Origin: the human T2T-CHM13v2.0 reference genome, Homo sapiens
Length of the DNA stretch: 64,000 nt
Direction: 5' to 3' (one strand)
Assembly: GCF_009914755.1 (NCBI RefSeq)
Contig: NC_060929.1
The position numbers and the translations under genes are program-made. Of this stretch, positions 62,849 through 64,000 are shown in pieces (the stretch's first letter is position 1; each line of letters begins with the position of its first letter). A model generated the notes under the pieces. The model made no database searches, was not told where the DNA came from, and saw nothing but the letters and a program-made list of their open reading frames with translations.

Positions 62849-64000
62849 GTAGTATCTTTTGCAATTGCGAAAAGTGCTTTTGGCCTTTAGTTTCTTAGTA
62901 TTCAGCTCAGCTGTAACTTGTTATGAATATAATATATGACCAAAAACTATGATGAGACTGTCTGAATCTGGGTTGCTTTGGACAAGTGTACTTGTTGATG
63001 GAATTATTTGCAAGGTATCATCTTAGGTCAGGAGGGGAATAGGAACAAAGATGTAGAAGACATTGTTCCTGTCTGTAAAAGCTTATCACCTAGAGGAGGT
63101 AAGATGTATTCATGAACATTGAATAAGTCCCATTGTGGACAGTCTTTCTCACAAGGCTTTTAGAAGTGAGCTTTATGTCAAGTTGAGCAATGCCTGAGAG
63201 TAATTTGGTAGGATTATTTCTTTGGTTTGAAAAATCTACATAAGACAGTGAAGACGTGTTTTTCAAATTTCTTCAACCTGCTACATGTATCTGAAGTATT
63301 TTCTGTTTTGGAAACAGCTTTTCAAGCTTTAATTTACTCAACCATTTCAGGAGAAGCTACTGTGTGTCAGGCATCCTTAGGTCCTGGACACACTGTTTAA
63401 CAAGATGGGCCCTGCCTATGGGAGCCCATAATTTGAAGGGAAAGTCAGATGCTGGACAAGTCATCTCACTGTGAGTGAGCCAGAAAAAACAGCATTGTAG
63501 GTCAAAGTGGTGCAAAGATCGTGAGGTAGGAAAAGAGACTAAAGTGGTTCTAGGAAAAATACAGGCAGGGTAAAGGAGGATACAGGTGAGGTGTGGGATC
63601 AGATCAGGGAGGGCCTTACGGATTTCTGAGCTGGATCTTTTACCCTTTTATTTAGCCAAAGAGGTCATGTAGTTATTTTACTAATTTGCATTCAGATTGT
63701 TCTGGCTTTTAGAAACTACAAACATTTCTATGATTAGTATTCTTGAAATGATCTTGTTGTAAGTTTGTGAGTACATCTGGAGGGAAACTTTGAGAAGGAT
63801 TGCTGAGTTCAAGGGCTTGTGTGATTAAGTTTTAAAATTATAAAATGTGGTGCATCCGTGCTAATAATTACCATTCAGCCATTGAGGAAAATGAGGTAGA
63901 TTTATGCATATTGATGAAGAATGAAGACCACAATATCCTGTGTTACAGGAAAGAGATATTGCTAAGTGGCCCTTCAAAATAGTGTAAATTGTTAAATCCG

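Overview
Primate DNA, almost certainly human, matching the C1QTNF2 - ZBED8(FAM200C/Buster3) - SLU7 - PTTG1 cluster (5q33 from recall). It holds C1QTNF2 exon 1 plus part of intron 1 (minus), about 22 kb of repeat-dense intergenic DNA with a deeply nested, decayed ERVL provirus, and the single-exon 594-aa domesticated hAT transposase ZBED8 (minus). It also holds the complete 16-exon SLU7 gene (minus; exons join into a 586-aa ORF) and PTTG1/securin exons 1-4 (plus), head-to-head with SLU7. I see no evidence for a wholly new biological system. The best leads are a pair of degenerate Charlie/Buster-type terminal inverted repeats still bracketing ZBED8, the substituted catalytic residues of ZBED8, overlapping uORFs and a possible KEN-less start in PTTG1, closely spaced inverted Alus, and a cruciform-prone AT tract next to SLU7 exon 7. 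Repeat subfamily names come from memory of consensus sequences, and repeat boundaries are approximate.
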